Part shown: positions 25,195-35,559 of the stretch, one piece after another
Layout: every line of letters starts with the position of its first letter
Position numbering within the stretch: the stretch's first letter is position 1
DNA from: Asterionella formosa
Lineage: Eukaryota
DNA length: 61,312 nt
Reading direction: 5' to 3'
Assembly (NCBI GenBank): GCA_002256025.1
Contig: NKIB01013244.1
Coordinates: forward strand, 1 to 61,312
Program-made: the position numbers and the translations under genes
The notes under the pieces: model-generated
What the model was told of the DNA's origin: nothing
Database searches by the model: none
The model's input: the letters and a program-made list of their open reading frames with translations, nothing else

Positions 25195-25824
25195 GAGAAG
25201 GAACAACAATAGCAAACACAAGTCATAAATTTTGCATTTGTAGAGAGGGGATAAAGCATGCATAATTATATATTATATGAATTGGGATAATAGTCACTGG
25301 CAATGCCTCAAATAATGTCTGTTGTGTCCGGTCAGACAAAGAATACCGGTAGTGTCTTTGTTGAAAATTTACTACACGAGATACACTACCGGTACTAAAT
25401 TAGCAAAAATAGTGTATCCTAGCTATTAGTGCTTCATCTGGGAACTACCTGGTAGTCTACAGTATTCCGAGTACAATACATGATACATATAGTGCTACAT
25501 ACGAATAGATTCGCATTTCCGCGATGCATCATGCATGCGAAAAATGTCTTGCTCGCAGGTACACAAACCCGGAGGAATTCAATACGACAGATACAAAAAA
25601 TTTGGCTGAGGATCATGAGAAACAAAATTCGACGAAAAGCAGCCAAGGCAGATACAAATTTTCGGTTTCTTTATATGACGATCACGCCTTTAAGAAAAGT
25701 ATCCGAGCATTCGTGGCCATCACTCTTTTGATCACTTTTGCCGCTCGAAGTTGGATCAATCATCCGCCCACCTCTCGGCACTCTGAAGTTCCTTGCGTAG
25801 GTTTCTGTGGTTGAGGAGAAATTG

Positions 25825-26301
25825 ATGCGCCTACGTCTGAATTCTCGAATCGCCTCGAGATCATGGATCGACGACATGCCTCGATGTTTCTCAGGTGCCG
25901 CCATTACAAAATCATTTGTTCCCAAACCCACTTGGTCGATCAAAGATCTCAAACTTACAGATCAGATTGATCCAGTATCACAAGAAGAACTTCAAATTCT
26001 CGCCAAGCGTTCACTCTTGGATGTACAAGCAATAGGCGATGATAGGCAGTTGCGCCAGGATTTGGCCAATATGCTCCATTGTCTCAATCAAATTCAGAGT
26101 GTTCCTCTCAAAGTCATGACAGCAGCGGAAATATATGATATCCCTCGAGGTGTATCCAAGGCTCCGTTGCGAACTGGAGAATCAACAGCCTCTGAAACGG
26201 CAGAAGCCAATCATGTTTTCAATTCCTTTTTACAACCCAAGACTATCAAGCAAGGCAGTTATGATTACTTTGCTGTCATAACGAAAATTGATGAGGTTTA
26301 G
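25825..26301 (+). CDS. gatC: GatC-like subunit of Glu-tRNA(Gln) amidotransferase, probably mitochondrial
   Basis: Arg-rich presequence MRLRLNSRIASRS; PTWSIKDL...SQEELQILAKRSLL...LRQDLANMLHCLNQIQSV...PLR...YF fits the GatC pattern. Confidence 0.65.
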   Translation: MRLRLNSRIASRSWIDDMPRCFSGAAITKSFVPKPTWSIKDLKLTDQIDPVSQEELQILAKRSLLDVQAIGDDRQLRQDLANMLHCLNQIQSVPLKVMTAAEIYDIPRGVSKAPLRTGESTASETAEANHVFNSFLQPKTIKQGSYDYFAVITKIDEV

Positions 26302-26615
26302 TGCAGATTAAAGACTGGATAGAGTTGTATGGCTTTTTCAATATTCAGCTAAATTCAATGGATGGGGCATCTCAGAACTATGAGTCTTGGTGGGATTTCT
26401 CCTGCGGTTTATGTCAAGATTAGGAAATTGCTAACATTATCCTGGATGAGAGATTATTATATAGTTAATGTGCTAATTTCGCTCTCATTTGCCATTACAT
26501 CATCGATATTCGCAAACATTATATAGGAAACTAGGTAAGCATTTACGTCATATTTCTTCCTGCACTTTGACAAGGCCTTCGAGCATTATGATCAAGAAAA
26601 ATAGACTACCTGGTA

Positions 26616-28491
26616 CTCCCTGTGTCCGAAAATAGTTGCATCGATTTTTCAAATTTCTCCGGGGCCATTTTGACTGCTACAATTTACTCCGGCTCAATTG
26701 CCCTACTGTGCAGCTTGCCCTTAGCTACAGAATCATGTATATACTATGTATAGAAAAATAAAAATTGGCAACTACATTTGAAAAAACAAGCGTTTTAGGG
26801 GCTTGTTCGATTTCCACTTTTGTGTCTCTCGAGCAAAATCAAGATGCCTGACCCCCCATTTTTTGCTACCGCCTCTTCTCAACAATCATACGAGAAGGGA
26901 TCTAACACTAGAAGACCGTCAACTTGTGTTGGATTATGGTTTATGGATCCTCAAAAGAGGACCTGATGGAGGCAACGAAATTGATGGTCAGCTTGTTTTA
27001 GTGCGTGGAACCGTTAAATATTTGGCGGGCTGGTTCAAAGTTGATAAAACAACTCTACAACGTATTTGGAACCCTGCACTCGAATCCTATTATAATGGTG
27101 ATACTGATGTGTTTGCATCGCCTTCCCGCAAATTCTTGGCTGGGCATCCTCTCAAATATAATCGCAAGGAAATAATTACAGCGATTGCAGATATGGTTGT
27201 AAATTAGTAGCAGCTGCGCTTGCCCTTCCAAAGTCAACAGTTTTTGATAATAGAGGGGAGGTATTACAACCGCACTCAAGTGCGCTGAAGCCAAAGCTTT
27301 TGGAGGAGGGTAAGATTTGTTGTTTTATGTATTGTATTGACCATTTACAATAAAACCATCCAGATCAAGAACATCCTTCCCCTGACATTGACTTCGACCC
27401 AGGACTTTTGCTCAACCACATTTGTTGTGGACTTGCAAAGTGATGGAGCTTCAGCAAGCAAGATCACTGGTACCATTATGTTCTCCTAGTAAATTGCTGG
27501 CTATGCTGGTGGGTAATGGTGCATTCCCATCTGCCTCCTGATGCAATTCTTGTTATCTGATTGGTGATGGACTGTAAACTGGTAGTTCCTGTTTGCAGCC
27601 ACGGCTGCAACATTTCAGCGGTTATGCCCTCAATGTCTATATACTGCTCATACACCAATTCCTAAGAGGACCCTCTGATGCTGCTGCTCGCAAGTTTTTT
27701 GGTATACTCCGCCTTTCCTAATTGATTGTTAAAATTTCTCAAGGGCAATTTTGATTCCTATGATTTTCTCCGGCTCAAATGCCAGTATGTGCAAAATCAC
27801 ATAAGCTACACATACATGTATTATAAATATTTAGTAAATTTAAAATTGGCAACTTTTTTAAAAAACGGTTTCGGCTTTTTCGATTTTCACTTAGGGCTAT
27901 CTCGAGCAAAGCAAAACGGGCCCATTTTTCTTCGAACCATCTTTTCTTAACATACATTCAAAGTAGGATTTATCAATAGAACCAAGGCAACTTGCGTTCA
28001 ATTATGGAATGCGAAAGTTGCGATGGCGGGAAGGACGAAAACGACGGTATGCTTTCTTGAGCAAATCACCGTTAAATATCCGGCGGTATGGTCAATGTGA
28101 GAGCAACTAAGTTAGAGAGTATACCGAACGACAGTTATTCTATTCACGTTATAATAATGATAGTGGCTTGTTGTATTCGGTTTCCCGGAAATATTTGAGC
28201 TGCCGGCCAGTATAAAACGGCATTTGGCGATGCATATGCACATGTACGCAATTCGTATGTGTGCAGTATGTTAAATTGGTTTCGCATAATTTATTTAGAG
28301 GCTATGTATAAATATTTTAAAACAGAGTACATGTTCACGTCTATGTAACTAATAACGAACGCATTTTTTCGAGAAGCCAATCCTCACGTAGAAAGATGTT
28401 ATGTTGGCTACGTAATCCTTTATATCCGAAAAGTCTAGACGCAAGTGGTGCCGGCGATTCGACACAATTATTTTCAACCAGGCAGAGGGAG
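26616..28491 (+). mobile_element. Internally deleted plant-type (DD39D/Stowaway-related) mariner element with both TIRs and TA TSD
   Basis: Left end TA|CTCCCTGTGTCCGAAAATAGTTG; right end CAATTATTTTCAACCAGGCAGAGGGAG|TA. Transposase fragments: RGTVKYLAGWFKVDKTTLQRIW and ALALPKSTVF...PHSSALKPKLLEEGK..FMYC. Confidence 0.85.
27707..28100 (+). mobile_element. Second, diverged left-end copy of the same mariner, nested within the first
   Basis: TA|CTCCGC..; shares CTCCGGCTCAA, AAAATTGGCAACT, TCTCGAGCAAA and ACCGTTAAATAT in the same order as 26616-27040. Confidence 0.75.
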
Positions 28492-28888
28492 TACCTGGTA
28501 CCAGGCACTCGTAGTAACAGGTAGTACGGTACCTGGTGCTCCCCATGGTCCCTGGAACTAGGTACCTGGTATAACAACTACACAACTACCATAGCGAACC
28601 AGGTTACCTTGCACATGCATGGTACTAGTACCAGTACTGCTACTTTCTTTGTGAAAGTTCGGCATTCATCCATTGTACTATTTTATTGTGTCATTGTAGT
28701 GGCCCCTTTTTTCCCTCCCCCGATATGGCACTGATTAGAGATCAGTTCCACCAATATACCGATATTTGCAAAGGCTCTATTCTGTGTGTAGTAGTATTGT
28801 TCTGTCCCCACTCCTAGTTCTTACTGAGCGAGAGTAATAAAACAGCCATCTCGACATTCCGAATTGGTGTCAGACATTGTGTTATATA

Positions 28889-30493
28889 ATGAGCCGACTG
28901 CGAAGCAGGAAACAGAAAACGTATCAGGCAGCATTCGAATGGCTTGTCGGAATCACTCTTCTCCTTGTTGCGATATTCTTTGAAGTTGGGAAAATGCCAC
29001 CATTGCAAAGCTCTTTGCAGTGCTCTCCCACATCACCACTACAAGTCAACGAAGGCTCCGTCGCAGCAGTAGAAAAGGTGATTCCTTGGACTCGGTCAAT
29101 GCAAGAGTGGGAGCCCCCGAAATGGATCGCTGGCTATGATTTGGAATCCGACTCAGTTTCCGAAGGAGACGTCACGACGATGGACACTAAGGACGATGAC
29201 ATTATGGAGTATCCTTGGAGTCGGAGTTTGCAAGGGTGGGAACCTCCGAAATGGATCACTGACTATGTGGAGTGGCACAGGAAATTGCGAGCGACTCATC
29301 CTGCGTTTAACGGGGATAGTGAAGCGGAAATACCCCCACTCTATGTTGTGTACTGCCGTGTTGACCGCGGAAAATTTGCAAAAACAAGAAAATCAGAATA
29401 TGGAGGCCTTCATGATCGGCTTGGATCGCTTCCCTTTGATTTATTCATGGCCAACCAAACGAAACGGCTTCTTTTCTATGTATGGGACACCCCCATGTCT
29501 CTTGAGACATTTCTTGTTCCAAATCGGCTAAATTGGAGCCTCGATATGAATCGCCGTGACTTCCGACTGCTACTCAAGTCCGCACCAAATTTTTTTAAAT
29601 CACCAGTACAACCATGGTTCGAAGCCTTTTGGACCGAGACAGTGCCAGAAGCAATTCGCAATGGTAGGAACCATAAAATTCCTGTTTTCGCATCCTTTGC
29701 AAATGCTCATAATAGTGAGTATCACTTGGAAACTGCTCTGAGAGAACTAGGGGAGACTGATATGATCCATAGAACACCCACTTTTGGTTGGATCTGGCAT
29801 GAATTGTTTAAGCCATCTCCAGGACTTGAAAGTTATCTTCAAGTAAGCAGAAATGCCATGAATTTGACCAAAGGCAGGTACACCGCAATTCACATACGAT
29901 TGCATTATCCAGTATTGACACAGGAAGCAAAGAAAAATGGGCTTGAGCTGAAGTCACATGATGATCCGAAGAAGTTCAAAAGTCATGGTTTTGATAAAGG
30001 TGATGGGGGCATTGTTTTCCAGGGAGACGGAAAGAAATTTGCAGTTGACATTGGACTCCATTCGGTTGAATGCGGAAGAAATTTGACTGAGAACGATGAG
30101 GAGCCATTGTACCTTATGTCTGACGCAAATTATTTGGCAGATTACCTAGGGCAACGAAGTCGTGGTGGCAGCCAAAATGGGGAAAGGAGTGATGATGAAC
30201 TGGATCAGCATGCTGACACACTACTTTCTCATGTCACTGTAGTGGCACGACCGGACATTCATCGGAGAAATCTTCACATTGATGGCCACATTGGTAATGC
30301 TACAGACTTTTTTCCTGTTTTCGCTGACTTATACCTGGCTATGGAGTCACGGTGCATTACCTTTGGTTATGGTGGGTTTGGACGATTTGCAAGGCAACTT
30401 ACCAACAATACGTGCTACTCACAACACCAGCTTTTTCTCCAAGGAGAATGGTATAAGGGGCATTCCCTCCATGATACATCCAACGTGTGTTAG
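28889..30493 (+). CDS. Type II membrane fucosyltransferase-like (GT-B) protein
   Basis: N-terminal TM; GGLHDRL, YTAIHIR, LYLMSD, ADLYLAMESRCITFGYGGFGRFA. Confidence 0.8.
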   Translation: MSRLRSRKQKTYQAAFEWLVGITLLLVAIFFEVGKMPPLQSSLQCSPTSPLQVNEGSVAAVEKVIPWTRSMQEWEPPKWIAGYDLESDSVSEGDVTTMDTKDDDIMEYPWSRSLQGWEPPKWITDYVEWHRKLRATHPAFNGDSEAEIPPLYVVYCRVDRGKFAKTRKSEYGGLHDRLGSLPFDLFMANQTKRLLFYVWDTPMSLETFLVPNRLNWSLDMNRRDFRLLLKSAPNFFKSPVQPWFEAFWTETVPEAIRNGRNHKIPVFASFANAHNSEYHLETALRELGETDMIHRTPTFGWIWHELFKPSPGLESYLQVSRNAMNLTKGRYTAIHIRLHYPVLTQEAKKNGLELKSHDDPKKFKSHGFDKGDGGIVFQGDGKKFAVDIGLHSVECGRNLTENDEEPLYLMSDANYLADYLGQRSRGGSQNGERSDDELDQHADTLLSHVTVVARPDIHRRNLHIDGHIGNATDFFPVFADLYLAMESRCITFGYGGFGRFARQLTNNTCYSQHQLFLQGEWYKGHSLHDTSNVC

Positions 30494-30884
30494 CGCAGGG
30501 TAAACAGTCGTTCGTTGTTAATCATTTTTCATGAAATTTAGGATTTTCTCAAGATTTCCAATGCTGTACTGTAAATATCGTTTTTTTGCTCCTGTTGCTA
30601 TATTATGTACAGTTATATACTATGTATTATATATTTTAGTAAATGCAACAGATAATGATGATATTTGAAATTTTTCGGGGATGGCCTAAGCTAATCTATA
30701 GAGTTCTCATCTCTACAATGTCATAGATAACTTTCGCTTTATAAAATAATGTACAAGCATGCACAGTTGAAATATGGGCATCTCTGGTCCTTGGGGATTT
30801 GCTGGCAGTTTACACAGGAGGGTGGAGGAATCTAAAAAAATTCGAAATATTTTCAAAAATGGCTCTTATCATTAACAATCTACC

Positions 30885-32429
30885 CTAACAAACATTTGTT
30901 TTATCATGGAGAGAATGCCCATTATACCAATCTCCTGCAAGGAAAAGTTGGTGCTGTGAGTAGCAGGTGTTGTTGGAAAGTTGCATTGCAAATCGTCCAA
31001 AACCACCATATCCAAATGTTATACAACGTGACTCCATAGCAAGGTACAAGTCAGCAAAAGCTGGGAAGAAGTCTGTAGCATTACCAAAGTGGGCATGTGC
31101 ATCAATGTGAAGATTTCTCTGATGAATGTCTGGTCGTGCCAATATAGTGACCTGAGAAAGCTGTGTATGCGCATGCTGATCCAGTTCATCATTTTGGGTG
31201 CCTCCACGGCTCTGTTGTACTAAGTAATCCACCAAATAATTTGCATCAGCCATCAAGTACAAGGGTTCATCGTCATTTTTACCATTCAATTTTCTCGCAC
31301 ATTGAATTGAATGGAGCCCAATGTCAACAGAAAAATTCTTTCCGTCTCCACTAAATAAAATGCCGCTATCACCTCTATCAAAGCTAATCTCTTTGAACAT
31401 CTTTGGATCATCGGCAGATTTGAGACGAAGGCGTTTTGACTTTGCCAAATCAATCAATCTAGGATAATGCAATCGTATGTGTATTGCAGTGTACTTTCCT
31501 TTGGACAAATTCATGGCCTTTCTGCTTTTCTGAAGGTACTTTTCAAGTCCTGGAGATGGTTTAAACAGCTCATGCCAGATCCAGCCAAATGTGGGAGATC
31601 TATGTATCATGTCAGTCTCCCCCAACTTTTTCAAAGCATTTTCCAAATGGTATTCACCATTGTGAGCCACAACAAACGATGCAAACACAGGAATGGCATG
31701 GTTCCTACCACGTCGAATAGCTTTGGGTAAGTTGGTGCTCCAAAATGATTCATTCCAAGGTTTTAGAGTAGGCGCATCAAAAAAAATTGGAGCCGCATTT
31801 AGTAGCATTCGGTGATTCCTCTGTAGCCTCCAATTTAGCCGATTTGGAACAAGAAACGTCTCAAGAGACATGGGGCTGTCCCATACATAAAGAAGGAGCC
31901 GTTTTGTTTGGTTGGCAATGTACAAGTCAAAGGGAATCGATCCCAGCCGGTCATGAAGGCCTCCATATTCTGATTTTCTAGCCGTGTGATTGCGGTCCCC
32001 TCCGCAGTATACAACATAGAGGGGTGGAATCTTTGCTTTCTTGTCACCATTGAAAGCAGGATGAGTCGATCTCACTTCCCTGTGCCAATCCATTTAGTCA
32101 GCGATCCATTTAGGTGGTTCCCACCCTTTCAAAGCCCGACTCCATGGATACTCCAAGTGGACTTCTTTTTTAGTGGTCACACCTGTGCGTGCAACTTTGA
32201 CGCCGCGTTTGTCATTTCTCCTGACAATTTCTCTATCAACGTGTTCAGCGTTGGTCCCAACAACTTTTTCTGGAGATTGTTGAATAGTTGAATCGATCAA
32301 TAAATGCGTAGTATTAGCCAGAAGAAACGTGATGATTCCGACAATGACAAGAGATGGCCAAATCTTGGTTCTCCATCGGTTCATTATTGCTGCTAATACG
32401 GATAGACGATATTTTCCTCTTGTCGCCAT
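30885..32429 (-). pseudogene. Inverted paralogue of the fucosyltransferase-like gene with one in-frame stop
   Basis: Same motifs. WIAD*MDWHRE (TAA at 32096-32094) aligns to WITDYVEWHRK (TAT) in the + copy. Confidence 0.75.
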
Positions 32430-32790
32430 GATGCAACAGTTTGCACTGTTCAAGACAAGACAAGGCAAGACTATGGACTGCAATTGGGGTTGTAATGTGT
32501 AAGAACCTGTTGTTGCTTCCCTAGCGTGTTAGCAAGTTGCTGAAATTTGCCCACCGGTAGTACATATTTGTTGACCGGTAAGTTTTATGGGGTTCTCGAA
32601 TGGCTGCAGGGTAATAATCCATACGGAAAACGTCCTGCCTTGTTCACATGGAAGTCAATTGATACACGTTTCAAAATTCGCAGCAAGGAAAAGTAAAGGC
32701 ACTATATTACTGGCGGGGTAAAATGCATTTACGCCAGCCTTCCCACCGAGGAAACTTTAAAAAGGGCAGCAGGAAACTGACATTTTGCTT

Positions 32791-33073
32791 AAATTTAAGC
32801 AGCGAACGTGAATCTTGCTGAAACTTAAGCAGTTCACGTTTTTTTGCTTAAACTTAAGCAGCGAACGTGACTCTTGCTTTGACGTAAGCAATATTTGAGC
32901 GTTACAGAAACCGAAACACGTTTTGGTTGGCTTTCTGTCCACTATTTCCAACGGCCTTAAGTACCAAACGCTTATTTATTTTCAACTTGATCACCAAATG
33001 TTTATTTACTTTTCACTTAAGCACCAAATGCTTATTTACTTTTTAACTGAAGGACCAAATGCTTATTCACTTT
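32791..33073. repeat. Two adjacent arrays of ~30-bp tandem units with a CTTAAGCA core
   Basis: AAACTTAAGCAGCGAACGTGA.TCTTGCT x3-4 (32791-32890); CTTAAGCACCAAATGCTTATTTACTTTT x4 (32956-33073). Confidence 0.85.
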
Positions 33074-34354
33074 TAAATGAATCTGCAAGGGTAATGAGCA
33101 CAAGCCAAGCCTCCACTGAAGCGTGCCAGCCCTTGCACAACACGCTATCATTATATATATAGTTCTGTATAATTAGCAAATAATATATAACCCCCCAAAA
33201 TAATTGCTGTTAATCGTGTTTCAGCACATTTTCCGGATGTCCCTGGTACAGAAGATTCATCAAACATTGCCTAAACAAATTAAAATACAGTTATTTAATG
33301 AATTAATCCTCTCTTCACCTAAATACCAGGAAATCTGTGTCATACGTTTACGAAATCTGTCATGAACAAATATGATCGTAAGAAAAATTTCGAATTGCTT
33401 CGTTTTCAGTCTTGTTGTTTCCTATCGAAGCGAGGACCAAGAACTGTTACCAGTCAGTCATTTCAAACTCCTTTCATTTTGCTGTGTAAGGCAGGCTGAC
33501 TAGACAGTCTGTGCTAGTATGATGACATGATACCTTTATGTAGAACTTACTGGTAGATATGTAACAGAATACCCTGTAGCTGCATAGCACTGATACATAC
33601 AGCCAATTTGTTCGGCAACTTCATTGCGCGTGGCTGGTGTAGCAAGGTTCGGTACACACTCCCTCCTCCGCCCTCCAAACTTCTAACTCACGTTTTATGC
33701 ACACGCCTTTCGAATCTCATCTCCCGATGAACAGCAACCAAGATTCGTGCCATGCCCTCCGGGGAGATATGGCTGGCTTTCGATTCCAAACAAACTTTTG
33801 GATGAGCGAAGCAATTTACTATGCCTTTAAATTGTCAGTCACTGAGACTCAAATAATGATTACGGGGTACCAATTACGGGTATGACATTTGAGTGCGGTA
33901 TTGAAGGAAACGAAGTGTTATCAGCTCACATTGTACTCTATGACCGGTAGGAAATTTCGGTCGGTGAACACGATTTGGATTTCAGAGAACACGATATGGG
34001 TTACCTGCTAGCTATGGAATCATACCAGGTACTGGTACCAGGTACCGGAACTGCTTTACATACATTTGTCCCGCGTGTAGAAACGTTAGGATTGTCGGTA
34101 ATGCACGAATGCATGCGCGCATGCTGATGTGAATTCCCATGAATTCAGTTGGCTGAATTTCTTGTTCACAGCAGGCAGGAATATGCCAAGAGAATATAAC
34201 TTGTTCAGGCGACTGATGTGTGTCGAGACAGCTTGCTTGATCTGATCACAGTCGTCAGCTACATACCTTTTTCAGTGTTCACTGAACATGCCCTCTCCTA
34301 CCACTGCTTTTCGTCTTCCTCAGTTCCGAAACGCTTAGACCTGCAATTTAAATC

Positions 34355-35500
34355 ATGAGTATAATCGCCCGGGCCGTCAATTATTGGAATCGCATTTCGA
34401 CAAGCGCATCAGCGTTGGTATTCGGCATACGATTAATGTTCCGTGTATGTACGTCGGATCACCTCTTCTTTGCTCTATATGAAGGTCCCTATTTTGCGCT
34501 TGGGACTCGTAAACATCTTTCCAGAGCGACCCCTGTATACATCTGCAGAGATGAGGAAATGTTAGACTTCGTTGATCTATTTTTTGGACTATCCTTTGAC
34601 CTGCTGAATCGACTAGAAGTCGACGGATTAGATGATCGGGCAATCGGAATGACGGACAAAATCTTGCAGTATTTTGTCTTGAATCGGCGGACGATTCTTG
34701 ATAATCTGACTATTGGACACTGTGGATGCTCGAACGAAAGCAATGAGCTAGTATCAACGCATGTATTATCGCAGGCGTTTTCAAGAATCAACGAATTAAC
34801 GGTGGACCTCCGTCGACGGAACCACTACAACGGACCAGATCTTCGATTTCAACAACAGTGCTTGACAGCGATAAATTCGGCAACCAATTTAGTCAAGTTG
34901 ACTCTCAAATATATATCTGGTATCAATTCGCGAAGTATTGCTGATATATTGGTCTCGAATGCAACTTTAGCGGAGTTTTCCTTTCATGGATCATTTACTG
35001 ATGACAACTACCTCACCACGATCATGCCCATCCTTCGAGATCACAAAACACTGCATACATTAGATTATTCCGACAAGCATATATTTCGTTATCCTTCACC
35101 GGCAACACGATCAACCCTGAAGATATTATGGGGCAACCATGTCCTGAAAAAAATCAATTTGAACCGCCACACACGCGACACAAATCCCACGATTGCATGC
35201 TTGGAGGATCGCAATATATTTCAGTGCAGTCGAATCTTGCGTAATGTGTCTGCTGAATCTCTGTGGCCCATGATACTTCACAAGGCAGGTGAACTCAATA
35301 CCTCCTTGTTGTTTTTACTCGTCAAAGAGAAACCGGAATTGTTTAATGAGTGCCGCAAACGTAGAGGCGGGATGTTAGTCAACGAGGAGAGGTCCACCAA
35401 GCGACCGCGGCTGACAGTCGGATTGAGTACACCCTCTCCAGTTTATAACAAGTGGAGAAGGCTCTTCCAAGGTGCAGCAACTGGAACGAATTTCTCATGA
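34355..35500 (+). CDS. RNI-like leucine-rich repeat protein (diatom-expanded type)
   Basis: NLVKLTL, SNATLAEFSF, DHKTLHTLDY, GNHVLKKINL; C-terminal LWPMILHKA...LLFLLVKEKPELF. Confidence 0.8.
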   Translation: MSIIARAVNYWNRISTSASALVFGIRLMFRVCTSDHLFFALYEGPYFALGTRKHLSRATPVYICRDEEMLDFVDLFFGLSFDLLNRLEVDGLDDRAIGMTDKILQYFVLNRRTILDNLTIGHCGCSNESNELVSTHVLSQAFSRINELTVDLRRRNHYNGPDLRFQQQCLTAINSATNLVKLTLKYISGINSRSIADILVSNATLAEFSFHGSFTDDNYLTTIMPILRDHKTLHTLDYSDKHIFRYPSPATRSTLKILWGNHVLKKINLNRHTRDTNPTIACLEDRNIFQCSRILRNVSAESLWPMILHKAGELNTSLLFLLVKEKPELFNECRKRRGGMLVNEERSTKRPRLTVGLSTPSPVYNKWRRLFQGAATGTNFS

Positions 35501-35559
35501 AGTTTTCGTCTTGTGAATTGATGCATTCCATGCATTTCTTTATAATGATACATAGATTC

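Noticed and set aside
25434..25814. Short overlapping ORFs upstream of gatC
   Set aside because: No motifs, and mutually overlapping; probably promoter/UTR sequence.
32791..33073. CRISPR-like array
   Set aside because: Units are contiguous tandem repeats without unique spacers, there are no cas genes, and the context is eukaryotic.
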